This document shows positions 18,030 through 32,200 of a stretch of 64,000 nucleotides of DNA, piece by piece. Each line of letters begins with the position of its first letter. The first letter of the stretch is position 1. Under the pieces are notes generated by a model that had not been told where the DNA came from, did not search any database, and saw nothing but the letters and a program-made list of their open reading frames with translations. Origin of the DNA: the human T2T-CHM13v2.0 reference genome, Homo sapiens; NCBI RefSeq assembly GCF_009914755.1, contig NC_060942.1. One strand, given 5' to 3'. Position numbers and translations under genes: made by a program.

Positions 18030-19030
18030 TTTTTTTCAGTGAACCAGGTTTTGGTTTTCTTAGGTAAGTTTGCTATTTGCATTTTTAAAACTGTTTATTT
18101 TCTATTTTAGTCCTTTCTACTTTCCTTTATATTAATTTTGACATTGTACTTACTTTAGATTTATTTTTGTCCTTTTGTTTCTTGAATTGAATATTTAATT
18201 ACCTTTACCTTTTTTCTTTTTAATAAATGTATTTAAAGCAATACAATTTTTTTTTTACAGTCTCGCTCTGTCACCCAGGCTGGAGGGCAGTGGCACGATC
18301 TCGACTCACTGCAACCTCCACCTCCTAGGTTCAAGTGATTCTTCTGTCCCAGCCTCCTGAGTAGCTGGGATTACAGGCATGTGCCACCACATAGAGCAAT
18401 ACAATTTTTGTCAGTATTGGTGTGATTACTTTCCACCATTCCTAACTTGCAGTCCTCTCATTATCCTCTATGAATAGTTTGCAGTTTAGAATTTGACAAA
18501 CTTCAAAAAAATAAAAATACTTTTACAAATAAATGTTAAATACAATGCATAGGATTTATTTTGACTTCATAGTAGTCAGAAAAGAGTGATTGTATCATTA
18601 TTTCTTTGGGGACTTAATGTAATATTTGTGGCTTAATACAGGGTAAATTTCTGTGACTATTCATCAACGTTTGAAAATAATATGAAATCCCTCTTGGAGG
18701 TATGTTTTTATGAAGGCTCCGGCTTCCTAATTGCATGATTCAATCCACAGTATTCATACTTATTTCTCCCTATTTGGTCTAACTTTTGCCAAGATAATTT
18801 TTAATGTTTCTTATACTGATCACTCTTTTCATATTCTTGTATTTTCATCAAATTCTATTCCAGATATTTCAAACCTGTAATAAGCATGCACATTCATAAC
18901 TTTCATGCTTCCTTGTTGGAAGTGTATTCTATCAATATGAAATATTTCTCTGAATTATCTTTTAGTCATTTTAATATCAAACTCCACGTTATTAAAGAAT
19001 ACTGTGTAATCTGTGATGTTTAATTTGCCA
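18030..19030 (-). mobile_element. Old L1M ORF2 (endonuclease region) fragment
   Basis: gaaccaggttttggtttt...gtatttaaagcaata...gtagtcagaaaagagtg...gtttgaaaataatatg resembles the L1M reverse complement. Confidence 0.55.
18247..18391 (-). mobile_element. 5'-truncated Alu (right arm only) with TSD
   Basis: cagtctcgctctgtcacccaggctgg...caggcatgtgccaccac, flanked by gcaatacaattttt on both sides. Confidence 0.9.
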
Positions 19031-19823
19031 GGGATTATTATTCTTTCTTCTCTCTCTGTTTCTCATGTTTGTTCTTGCTTTTTCACTGCCTTCTTTTTCC
19101 TTTTCATAAGAAAAGCTTGTGGGGAAAACGTCTAATTGCGCTAAAGGAAAAATGAAAGAAGAATAAGTTTCCTCTTTTTAGCTAATCAAAATGTCTTATA
19201 CTTACTTGAAATATTCTTCTAGAAATCTAAATTATGAATCTGTTATATTTTTCATTATTTTAAGCATTATGATTTTAGAAGAGTTAGAGCTATGACTCAA
19301 AGCCTTTTTCTAAAGTAAAGGTCATTTTACAGAAAATTATTTACATTATTCTGTACCTTTTCAGTCGATAAAATTTCAAAACTCAAATTTGTCAATTCTC
19401 ATACCTCTACTCTGTAGAAAACAGGGACATAATTTTTAACATTGCAGATTTGACAGCAACCACGAATGGCAAGGGAGAAAGTGCATGATTTAAAAAATTT
19501 AAACCTTATTTTTAAAAACAAGGAAAGCAGGACAAAATTGTCAGAGAATAAGGGAAATAAGGGTAACCCCATAAACTGCTGTCACAAACCACTCACATTT
19601 TGCTGCAGGCTTCCTCTTGAGAGGGTTTGCTGCCCCCTCTTGGCCTTTGCAGTGGGATGCAAAAGAAAAACGGAAAAAACAGGCATCAAAGAGGCTTAAC
19701 AAAAGGGCTTGAGTCTAGAATATTTTGAAGAACAATGTATGTGCTGTATGAAACAACCTTTGTGGAGGAGTCTGTGACTCTCTAAGGCTGCCCCACTCTC
19801 CAGTCCCTTAACAAGAGAAAGCT

Positions 19824-20215
<392 letters not shown>

Positions 20216-20454
20216 CTACATCCTCTGAACAAACTAGGCTGCATGACATAAACCCCACACAAAACTGAGCAATAAAAGTGTTTCATGTTGAAAGATAAGT
20301 AAATCGTTTTTCAGAACATACTAAGAGCAGTATAGGAAATAAGAGAAGCAGCAGGTAAAAATTGAAGTACATAAAGCCAGAAGCAGAGATTATTACAAAG
20401 AGAGATGAAAACAAGGGAGAGAAAACTAATTTAAAAAAAAAAGAGTTTGCTAGA

Positions 20455-20928
20455 ACTCAAAACCCAAAAGCTGTGACTATGCTACCCTGCATTGTTGCAC
20501 TTTGCACATGTGACGACATTCACAATCTTGAGATGGAGAGAGTATCCTGGATTATCTAAGCGGGCCCAATGTAGTCACATGAGTCCTTCCTGGAAAAAGC
20601 AGGAAAGTCGGAATTGAAGAATGATACAAAGATGGAAGCAGACTCAGACAGAAAGAGAAAGCGGGAGAAAAAGCGAGCGAGCGAGAGAGAGAGAGATTTA
20701 AAGATAGTACACTCCTGATTTCGAAGATGGAGGAATGTTGATGAGCCCAGGAATGCTGGTGGCATCTAGAAACCAGAAAGGTAAGCAAATTCTCTCCTAA
20801 AGGCTCAAAGAGCATAGCCTTTCTCACCCATTTTGAACTTCCGACCTCCAAAACCATAACAAATTTTTCTTGTTTTAAACCACTAATTTTGTAGTAATTT
20901 GTTACGGCAGCAAGAGGAAACCAATACA
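20455..20928 (+). mobile_element. MLT1D-like MaLR LTR
   Basis: cttgagatggagagagtatcctggattatc...gaagatggagg...gtagtaatttgttacggcagcaagaggaaaccaataca. Confidence 0.85.
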
Positions 20929-21305
20929 CATGTTTCTGGATTTCTTAGAGAAACTTCAAATTTGCTGTTTCCCCTCCTGTTCCATTGACATGCTCCTACA
21001 TTTTACCTACATTCCCTATTTTCACAATGTTATTCAACATCCCTATATTCTTCTGTATTTCCTATATGGTCATTCTTTATAATAGCAATATCATAATCCA
21101 TAAACAGTACATCTAAATTTCCAAACCAAAATAGTGTCTTATTACAAACATGTCTTAAATTCACCTTTTTTTCTATTTTGACTGCTACTTCCTTAGTTCT
21201 CTTCTGTCTTATCACATATTTGAATTATAAGAACAAGAAACTAATGTTTTCTAGTCTCCAAATGATTCCCAATCAATTTCATACTATGAAATTATCTTTA
21301 CATGA

Positions 21306-21606
<301 letters not shown>

Positions 21607-21648
21607 TATGTAACAGTCTTATGCCTTTAAAAAAAAAAAAATTCTATT

Positions 21649-21984
<336 letters not shown>

Positions 21985-22891
21985 CTATAGGACACCAATT
22001 AGAATAATTAACTTAGAAGAGCAATTAAGTATAATGCGAAGATGCCCAGGAGAATAAATTATAATATTTTATTGAGATATTAAAGACCTGGATCTTGTGG
22101 ACAGAAAAGTATTCCTTTAAAAGTACTCAAAAATATTGAAAATAGAAAAAAAATTAAGGTTATTTGTACTAAAATAAGAATAATTATCAAAAAATAAAAT
22201 ATTCTATTAAAATTATGCTATATTTTATATTATGCCATAAAAAGTAAAAATTATCTTTTAAATATTAAAAAAGTTACACACTGGAAATAATACCTTCAAT
22301 ACATATACTGATCAAAGATTAGTTATACAAGTATAACTAATAACAAAGACATGAATATAAAGAAATATATATGACTAGTAACACATTTGACTAATAATCA
22401 TGAATATCAGTGTCAGGAAAATGCAAATCAAGACCACGTTGAAATACCAGTCTATGCCGCAAAATATTATAAAGAAATAAAAACACATTGATTACAATGA
22501 CTCTCAACATACAGATAATCTTACAAAGACTCCCAAATAGTTATAGGTACCACAGCTTATTTTTGTTTTATATAGCTTTAAACAATTAAGAATTTAAAAA
22601 TACATCTTCTTTTACAATTTAAATGAAAAGCAATGGAATCATTGATACAGGATTCATTAATACAAGAATCATTGAATGGAGAGAGGTAAAGGGATGGGAC
22701 AGTGGAAGTAAATGATTTTATCTGGGTCACTGTCAAAGTTTTAACTTCTATTTTGGACGGCAGTTTGATGGGTATTTATTATATCAATAAAAATAACTAA
22801 GTAGTCATCATGGAATAATAATGAGAGTACACCTTCAACAAAGAATTATGATTAATCCAGTTTTGTGTGTCTGCAGTTCAAAGGGTGGAGA

Positions 22892-22975
22892 GATGGGATG
22901 GGATGGGATGGGATGGGATGGGATGGGATGGGATGGGATGGGATGGGATGGGATGGGATGGGATGGGATGGGATG
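22892..22975. repeat. (GGATG)n pentanucleotide repeat, about 16-17 perfect units
   Basis: Direct read. Confidence 0.97.
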
Positions 22976-23174
22976 AGCAGGGCAGGGCAGGGCTACTGTC
23001 TCTGGAGCACTCTTTCTGTGGCAGTCCTTTGCTTGCTGCATTTGCATATATCCTAACGGAAGGGAAGGGAAGGGAAAGGGAGGGGAGGGGAGAGGAGGGG
23101 AGGGGAGAGCAGGGCTACTGTCTTTTGAGCACTTATTCTGCAGCAGTCCTTTGCTTGCTGCATTTGCATATGTC
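22975..23174. repeat. Two-copy tandem duplication (period ~122 bp), each copy preceded by a purine pentamer run
   Basis: gcagggctactgtct...gagcact...gcagtcctttgcttgctgcatttgcatat occurs twice. Confidence 0.9.
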
Positions 23175-23209
23175 CCGATCAGTGCCCGTATATATCTTCT
23201 TTGTATAAG

Positions 23210-23395
23210 AATACTACTACTATTATGATTATTTAATAATAATAAGTATAACAATAGTATATTAGTATTATTAAGTATAATACTAGTAGTAGCATTAGCA
23301 TAATACTATAATAGTATTAATAATATACTATTATACTTATTAAGTATTGTACTTAAGTATAAGACTATAATAATACTATTATTATACTATAATTT
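23210..23395. repeat. AT-rich low-complexity, quasi-palindromic tract
   Basis: TAA/TAG/TAC motifs; inverted pair aatagtatatta...taatatactatt. Confidence 0.8.
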
Positions 23396-23829
23396 TCTTG
23401 TTAAGAAATACAAGCTCTAGGAGTCTTAAGAAACCATGCTGAGGTTAATATTTTGGAAGTGAAACTTGTAAACATTTCTGTTATTTAAAAATTCTTATTT
23501 AGGAAAGAATACTTAGGAATATATGAAACCCACTAAAAAGAAATGCAAGTGAATAATCAACATAAGATTCAAAATTATGGTTTCTGCAGGTGAAGAGAAG
23601 GGCTTGGTTTGACAGAAACCACAAAGTCAGATATAGGCTATTGGTTTTTGTTTGTTTTGTTTTGTTTTTTCTTTTGAGGTAGAGGGTGATTCTTTGTAAG
23701 TGTCAATTATATTGTAAAAAATAGCCAAATCAATTAATAAGTAATAAAAGGAGACCATGTAAGTATCAAGATGAGGAGGTCTTAAGCATCATGCTTATTC
23801 CAATTATGTGCTCCTGAAATCCAAACAGA

Positions 23830-25230
23830 AAAAAAAGAATTAGAAAAATATATATACTTATGGAACAAAAGGGTCCATATATACGCATAATTGGTGTTCT
23901 AGAGAATAAATTTTAAAATGGAAGAGAAAAATTACCTCCTGGTATGTAATAAGAAAAATAAGTTTTCTGGAATTAAGTTTTCAATTTTAAATTAAAATAG
24001 GAAAAACTGACAATGACTAATTTCAAACATATACTACCTGATATTGAAGTGAAGGAAAATATAATTCTTACAAAAGGAAAAATCAGATTTTTGAGAGTTT
24101 TCCCTTAAACTTTCAATGTCAGCAAAATTTTGAGGAAAAGAAAGAATAAAAAGATAGTTTTATTTCTGTTCATTTTTTTGAAAAGTACTAAGAAAATATT
24201 CATTTTCAAGCATTTAACCAACCCCCTAAAATATAGCTATAAATATATAAATAAAAGATAAGATAAAAATAAGTAATCAAATAAAATAACATTTGAATAA
24301 ACATTATAAATAAAAATTATTTAAATTTAGTAAGACAAATAATTAAAATACAAATATAACTATAAAATATAACTATAGTATATAGTTTCCCAAAATGTCA
24401 CTCGGAGACATAGGACTCATGAACTTTTCTTGAAAAAATAATCTATTTAAAGGTGAAATCTACTGTACCTGAGTAAATATAAAACAAAGAAACCAGGAAA
24501 GGAATCTGTGGTAAAGGGTTCTGGGATGAGCACTGAGCATTAAATTGACTTATATATAAAACCATAAACAAACAACTCTAGGAACCAGGGATTTTTGTTT
24601 GTTTGTTTTTTGTTTTTTTCGTTTGTTTGTTTGTTTTTGTCTAGACAGGGTCTCACTCTGGTTGTCCAAGCTAGAGTGCAGTGGCCAGATCTTAGCTCAC
24701 TGCAGCCTCAACCTCCCGAGCTCAGGTGATTCTCCCATCTTAGCCTCCTGAGTAGCTGGGATTACAGGCGTGTGCCACCACACTGGCTAATTTTTGTTTT
24801 TTAGTAGAGACAGGGTTTTGCCATGTTGTCCAGGGCGATCTCAAACTCCTAGACTCATCTGCCCGCCTTGGCCTCTTAAAGTGCTGGGATTACAGGAGCG
24901 AACCACCGCACCTGGCTTGGGAACCATGGTTCTTAAACAGAATGTAAAAATTAAAAACCTCATTAAAAATAAAAACAACAAAATCAGTGGTATAGAATAA
25001 TGGATGTGGGAGGAGGTATTTTGTTTCCTCACTTTTCGTAGTAAGGAGTCAATAGATAATATCTAATTTTAATAGTCATTAACTGATGCTGACCTCCTCC
25101 AATATTATTTATACTCTTTCTTCTTGAGAATTTCTCAGCTAAGAATATCTCTTATCATGAAAGCATTTATCTGAATTTCATCTACTTCTATAGATGTATA
25201 TGAAGATTCAAGAGAAATATTTGTATACTT
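23830..25230 (+). mobile_element. HAL1-like (ORF1-only L1 relative) fragments, interrupted by an AluJ
   Basis: ORF1-like atacgcataattggtgttctagag; HAL1-type ttcctcacttttcgtagtaaggagtcaatagata. Confidence 0.5.
24592..24917 (-). mobile_element. AluJ
   Basis: gacagggtctcactct, cactgcagcctcaacctcccgagctcagg; imperfect TSD ggaaccagggat/ggaaccatggtt. Confidence 0.9.
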
Positions 25231-25924
25231 ACTGCTTAAAATTGTATATATAGAAGTTAGTATCTATTCTAAAAAGGAAAATAACATTATTATAAATTGT
25301 AAAGAAAAGCATGAAACAGCAAAGTAAGAACTTTGGGGCTTCTATAAACTTAATTTTTATAGTGTCCATTTCTGTCAAAAGGCCATAACTGCTGAAACGT
25401 ATCCTCACCTTTCAGGAAACAATGTAACCTGTGGCATTAACCCCCATGGCATGGTACACTGAAGTGTTATTGACATCTGTGTCTGATTTGATACTTATGA
25501 CAAACATAAATCAATATCTTTGCAGTGACACTTTGCTGCATAATGCTAATGACAGTGTACCACCCACAGTTTACTATTCAATGATAAAATTTGCTAGAAC
25601 ATAAAACTGCTTGACATTTTTTCCTCTATTGCTCCTGGAGACTAGGACTTTAATAAATACCTATATGATTATAACAGTATAATTTTATCGAACACAAGCA
25701 TCTATAGGATTTTTATTTTTTACTAGGAGAAGGCATGACTGTGTCATCTAATTGGCTCTGGAGGACCTCATTCCATCGAGGGCCTGGGAGAAAAGCGACA
25801 AATGTTAGGACCTTATTGGGCAATTTGACATACAGACGCTTCCTGATAAATGCAAACTATCCCTAGACGTATCATCTGCCAAATTTCTCATCTCTTTTTC
25901 CTGCTTTAAAAAAATCTTTATCTC

Positions 25925-26239
<315 letters not shown>

Positions 26240-26259
26240 CTTTATCTCTCACCAATGTT

Positions 26260-26428
26260 TTATAATTTACAGATTTATCCAATTTATTATCTGTCTTCCC
26301 ACCTGCATATGTATTCAGTGATGGAAGCACTTTGCTTTTGTTCACTACCATACTCCCAGAACTGAGACATGTGACTGCCATATACTTGGAATTCGTTAAA
26401 TATTTGCTTGATAAACAAATTGAATGCA
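26260..26428 (+). mobile_element. L2 3' end
   Basis: tctgtcttccc...ttttgttcactaccatactcccag...taaatatttgcttgataaacaaattgaatg. Confidence 0.65.
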
Positions 26429-26947
26429 TCGATGCACAAGCTATAACCATAAATTATCTGCCATAAAAGTATATCTCAGAAGCAAGCTATTATTTTCAGA
26501 AGGAGCCATCACTTTAATTTAGCTACATTATATTAAAAATTTCCTCAACTTTTACAAGAAAGCACTTGCTAAAAGCTAAAGCTGTGGACTTTAATTGATT
26601 CTAATATTGAAATAACTGTTAAGAACTATGTTTTATAGCAAGATGTATGCTATAGCTGACCAAAGGAATACACCTTTCATTGGAAGTAACTTTAAAACGT
26701 TGGGTAGGTGTAGGGATGATTTGTCAACATAATTCCAGAGTAAGAATGTTGTCATTCTTTTTACTCTCTCAAAATACATAAAAGCATCAGTAGATCCATT
26801 TTAAATTCTGCAGTAGAAATCATATTTTTAAAAATTACTTTTATTTCTTCCTAAGCCCTATTAAGTATTCACATCCTAAATTAAAATAGACTCACATTAA
26901 GATTCCAGTACCTTGATTTACTGGAAATGTAGACTGGAAAATTACCT

Positions 26948-27022
26948 TATCTCACTGAGACTCATTTATAAAACTGCAGAATAGTATATCTCACTGAGAC
27001 TCATTTCTAAAACTATAGAATA
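26948..27022. repeat. 39-bp tandem duplication
   Basis: tatctcactgagactcattt(a/c)taaaact...agaata occurs twice. Confidence 0.9.
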
Positions 27023-27444
27023 TAGAGACTTCTAGTGCTCATCCATGCCAATTCTCTTCTCATTTTCATATGTAATCAGATTAATTCCTGCCCCCCCCCA
27101 CTCCCAAAATACAGTGAGACCATGAAACTGGTCCTTAGCAATTGGCTGTGAACATAAATTTCTCTGGACTCCAAGCAGACGCTTGGTTAAGCTCAGAGTG
27201 GCAGAGTTTCCAAAAGTCTGGGTCACTGAGTAATTATGTATATCACTGGAGAATACCTCTACTCTCTAACCTAAGCTGGATGTGTTTTGCAGATATGTAC
27301 TGTAAGTAAGAGATACAATTCTAAATACAAATATTTACTGAATAACCTTATGAAGTAAATATTATTATATGTATTTTTCAAGATTTTTATTATATCTCAA
27401 TAACAGTATAAACTTAACTCCCACTAGTTTAATAAATAGAATTG

Positions 27445-28089
27445 TATGGGGCCTGTAGCCCCTTTGTTTTGGCCAGTTTCTCCCATTTTGAACAGGCGTA
27501 TTTACTCAATCTGTATAACCCCATTGTATTTAGGAAGAAACTGATTTGCTATTGATTTTACAGGCTCATAGGTGGAAGGGATTTGCCTTGTTTCAGATGA
27601 GACTTTGGACTTGGACTTTAAGGTTAATGGTGGATTGAGTTAAGACTTTTGGGGACTGTTGGGAAGGCATGATTGTGTTTTAACATGTGAGGCCATGTGA
27701 TTTGGGAGGGGTGAGGGGAGGAATATGGTTTGGCTGTGTCCCCACCCAAATCTCATCTTAAATTGTAGTTATCATAATTCCTACATGTCATGGGAGGGAC
27801 CTGGTGGGAGGTAATTGAATCTTGGGGGCAGTTACCCCCACGCTGCTGTTCTCATGATAGTGAGTTTTCATGAGATCTGATGGTTTTATAAGAGGATTTC
27901 CTCCTTTTGCTTGACACTTCTTGCTGCTGCCATGTGTGAAGGATGTGTTTGTTTCCCCTTCTGCAATGATTGTGAGTTTCCAGAGGCCTCCCCAGGCATG
28001 CTGAACTGTGAATGAATTAGACTTCTTTCCTTTATAATTTACCACTCTCAGATATGTCTTTATTAGAAGCATGAGAATGGACTAATACA
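27445..28089 (+). mobile_element. THE1 (C/D-like) internal 3' end, polypurine tract and 3' LTR (LTR ~27721-28089)
   Basis: ggggcctgtagcccctttgttttggcc...gatgagactttggact; polypurine tract gggaggggtgaggggag; LTR atatggtttggctgtgtccccaccc...ggactaataca. Confidence 0.92.
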
Positions 28090-28985
28090 GCAAATAAGCA
28101 CATGAAAAGATGTTCAATTTCATTAGTAGTCAGAGAAATGCAAATTACAATCACAATGAGATGTCCTAATAATGAGATAGCTTTCAAATGACTAAGGTAA
28201 AAAAATAGTCACAACACCAGATGCTAATGAGGCTTCAGAGAAACTGGATCATTCATCCATTACCAGTATGAATGTAAAATGGCACAGGTACTCTGGAAAA
28301 CATTTGTCTGTTTTGTATAACGCTAAATATGCAATTACCATAAGACCCAGAAATTACACTTATTCACATATACCTTGGGGAAATGAAATCGCACAACAAC
28401 CTAATGTTCATAGCAGCATTATTGGTAATAATTCCAATAATGATGAAACAACCCAGATTTCCTTCAACTGGTAATTAGTTAACCAAATGGTGGTTCATTC
28501 ATATCATAGAACACTACCCAACCATAAAAAAGAAAGCACTAGTGATCCACATAACAACCTGGATGGATCTCTTGAGAGTTATGCTGAGTAAAATTTGTTA
28601 AAGGATAATTTTAAAAGGTTATGCACTGTATTTTTTCTTATATAGCATTATGTTAATTGCAAAAATTTAGAAAGGGAAAATCCAGCAGTTGTTTTCAATG
28701 GTAAGAATGAGAGTGGTATTAAAGAGCAGCCAGAGGGTCCTTTTGGTACATGAACTATTCTGTGCCTTCACTATAGTGATTTATGCACAAAGCTACAAAG
28801 GTAATGAAATTTCCTAAAACTACAATATCCACACACAAACCCAAATGAGAACAAGTAAAAGAGGATAACTGAGGAAGATTAATAGGTTGTATCAATGTAT
28901 CGATGTTAGTATCTTGGTTTACTACAGTTTTGCAAAATGTCATCTTTGAGGGAGACTGAGTAAAGGCACACAGATCTATTATTTC
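28090..28985 (+). mobile_element. L1MD-like 3' portion (resumes at ~35561-35625 after the L1PB)
   Basis: gcaaataagcacatgaaaagatg...gagaaactggatcattca...tacagttttgcaaaatg...gtaaaggcacacagatct; tail cttacagctgcatgcaagtctacaattacctcaaaataaaa lies after the L1PB. Confidence 0.8.
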
Positions 28986-29229
28986 TTTTTTTAAAAATTT
29001 TATTTCCATGTTTTGGGGGAACCGGTGGTGGTATTTGGCTACATGAGTAAGTTCTTTAGTTGTGATTTGTGAGATCTTTGTGCACACATCACCTGCGCAG
29101 TACACATTGAACCCAATTTGTAGTTTTTCATCCCTTGCCCTCCTCCCACCCTTTCCCCTGAGTCTCAAAAGTCTGTTGTATCACTCTTATGCCTTCGCAT
29201 TCTCATAGCTTAGCTCTCACTTATAAGTG

Positions 29230-32200
29230 AGAATATATGAAGTTTGGTTGTCCATTTCTGAGTTTCTTCACTTAGAATAATAGTCTCCAGTTCCATCCAG
29301 GTTGCTGCAAATGCAATTAATTTGTTTCTTTTTATAGCTGAGTAGTATTCCATCATATATATATACCACAGTTTCTTTATCTACTCGTTGATTGATGGGC
29401 ATTTGAGCTGGTTTTATTTTATTTTTTTGCAATTGGGAATTGTGCTGCTATAAACGAGTGTACAAGTATCTTTTTTGCATAATGACTTCTTTTCCTCTGG
29501 GTAGACACCCAGTAGTGAGGCTGCTGCATCAAATGGTAGTTCTACTTTTAGTTCTTTAAGGAGTCTCCAAACTGTTTTCCATAGTGGTTTTACTAGTTTA
29601 CAGTCCCACCAGCAGTGTGGAAGTGTTCCCTTTCCACCGCATCCCCACCAACATTATTTTTTTATTTTTTTATTATGGCTATTCTTGCAGGAGTAAGGTG
29701 GTATCACATTGTGGTTCTGTGCAGGAGTAAGGTGGTATCACATTCTTGCAGGAGTAATGTAGTATCGCATTTGCATTTTCCTGATCATTAGTGATGTTGT
29801 GCATTTTTTCATGTTTATTGGCCATTTGTATATCTTTTTCTGAGAATTGTCTCTTCATGTTCTTAGCCTACTTTTTGATAGGACTGTTTGTGTTTTTCAT
29901 GATAATTTGAGTTTCTTATAGATTCTGGATATAATCCTTTGTCAGATGTATAAATTGTGAAGACTTTCTCCCACTCTCTCGGTTGTCTATTTACTCTGCT
30001 TACTCTGCCCACTGTTCCTTTTGCTGTGCAGAAGTTCTTTAGTTTAATTAAGTCCCACCTATTTATCTTTGTTTTGTTGCCTTTGCTTTTGGGTTCTTGG
30101 TCATGAAGTGTTTGCCTAAGCCAATGTCTAGAAGGGTTTTTCCAATGTTATCTTCCAGAAGTTTTATAGTTTCAGGTCTTAGATTTAAGTCCTTGGTCCA
30201 TCTTGAGTTGATTTTTATATAATATGAGAGATGAGGATCCAGTTTTATTCTCCTACATGTGGCTAGCCAATTATCCCAGCTTCATTTGTTAAAGAGGGTG
30301 TCCTTTCCCCACTTTATGTTTTAGTTTGCTTTGTTGAAGATCAGTTGGCTGTGAGTATTTGGGTGTATTTCTGGGTTCTCTATTCTGTTACAATGGTCTA
30401 TGTGCCTATTTTTATACCAGTACCATGCTGTTTTGGTGACCATGGTCTCATAGTATAGTTTGAAGTCAGATAATGGAATGCCTCCAGATTTGTTCTTTTT
30501 GCTTAGTCTTGCTTTGGCTGTGCAGGCTATTTTTAGTTCCACACGAATTTTAGAATTTTTTTTTTTTTTTTTTGCTAGTTCTGTGAAGAATGATGGTAGT
30601 ATTTTGATGGGAACCGTATTGAATTTGTAGATTGCTTTTGGCAGTATGGTCATTTTAACAATATTGATTCTACCCATCCATAAGCATGGGATGTGTTTCC
30701 ATTTGTTTGTGTTGTCTATGATTTCTTTCAGCAGTGTTCATCTCCTTGGTTATGTATATTCCTAAGGTGTTTTTTTTTTTGTTTTTTTTTTTTTTTGTTT
30801 TTTTTGCAGCTGTTGTAAAAGGAGTTGGGTTCTTGATTTGATTCTCAGCTTGGTTACTGTTGGTGGATAGAAGAGCTACTGATTTGTGTACATTAATTTT
30901 GTATCCAAAAACTTTATTGAATTATCAGTTCTAGGAACTTTTTGGAAGAGTCTGTAGGGTTTTCTAGGTATACAATCATATCATCAGCAAACAGCGACAG
31001 TTTGACTTCTACTTTACCAATTTGGATGCCCTTTATTTTATTATCTTGTCTTATTTATCCATCTAGGACTTCCAGTACTATGTTGAATAGAAGTGATGAG
31101 AGTAGGCAATCTTGTGTTGTTCCAGGTCTCAGAGGGAATGCTTTCAACTTTTCCCCATTCAGTATTATGTTGGCTGTGGGTTTGTCATAGATGGCTTTCA
31201 TTACACTGAGGTATATCTCTTGTATGCCGATTTTGCTGGGGTCTTAATCATAAAGGATGCTGGATTTTGTCAAATGCTTTTTCTGCATCTATTGAGATGA
31301 TCATGTGATTTTTGTTTTTAATTCAATTTATGTGGTGTATCACATTTTTTGACTTGCGTATGTTAAATCATGCCTGCATCACGGGTATGAAACCTACTTG
31401 ATCATGGTGAATTATCTTTTTAATATGCTGTTAGATTTTGTTAGCTAGTATTTTATTAAGGATTTTTGCATCTATGCTCATCAGGGATACTGGTCTGTAG
31501 TTTTATTTTTTATGTTATATCCTTTCCTGGTTTTGGTATTAGGGTGACACTGGCTTCCTAGAATGATTTAGGGAGGATTCCTTCTTTCTTTATCTTATGG
31601 AATAGTGTCAATAGGATTGGTATCAATTCTTTGAATGTCTTATAGGATTCAGCCGTGAATCCATCTGGTCTTGGACTTTTTATTTTGGTAATAATTTTAT
31701 TTCTATTTCAATCTTGCTGCTTGTTATTGGACTGTTCAGGGTTTCTAATTCTTCCTGATTGAAGGTAAGAGGGTTATATATTTCCAGGAATGTATTTATC
31801 ACCTCTAGGTTTTCCAGTTCATGCACATAAAGATTTTCATAGTAGCCTTAAATAGTCTTTTGTATTTCTGTGGTGTCAGTTGTAATACCTCCCGTTTCAT
31901 TTCTAATTGAGCTTATTTGGATATTCTCTTTTCTTTTCTTGGTTAATCTTGCTAACAGTCTATCCATTTTGTTTACCTTTTCAAAGAACCAGCTTTTCAT
32001 TTCATTTATCTTTTTTATTTTTTGGTTTCAATTTTATTTTATTCTGCTCTGATCTTGGTTATTTCCTTTCTTCTGCTGGATTTGTGTTTGGTTGGTTCTT
32101 GTTTCTCTAGTTCCTTGAGGTGTGACCTTAGATTGCCTATTTGTGCTCGTTCAGGCTTCTTGATATAGGCATTTAAGGCTATGAACTTTCCTCTTAGCAT

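Noticed and set aside
22835-23254. ORFs with GMGWD / HPIPS repeats
   Set aside because: These are translations of the (GGATG)n microsatellite.
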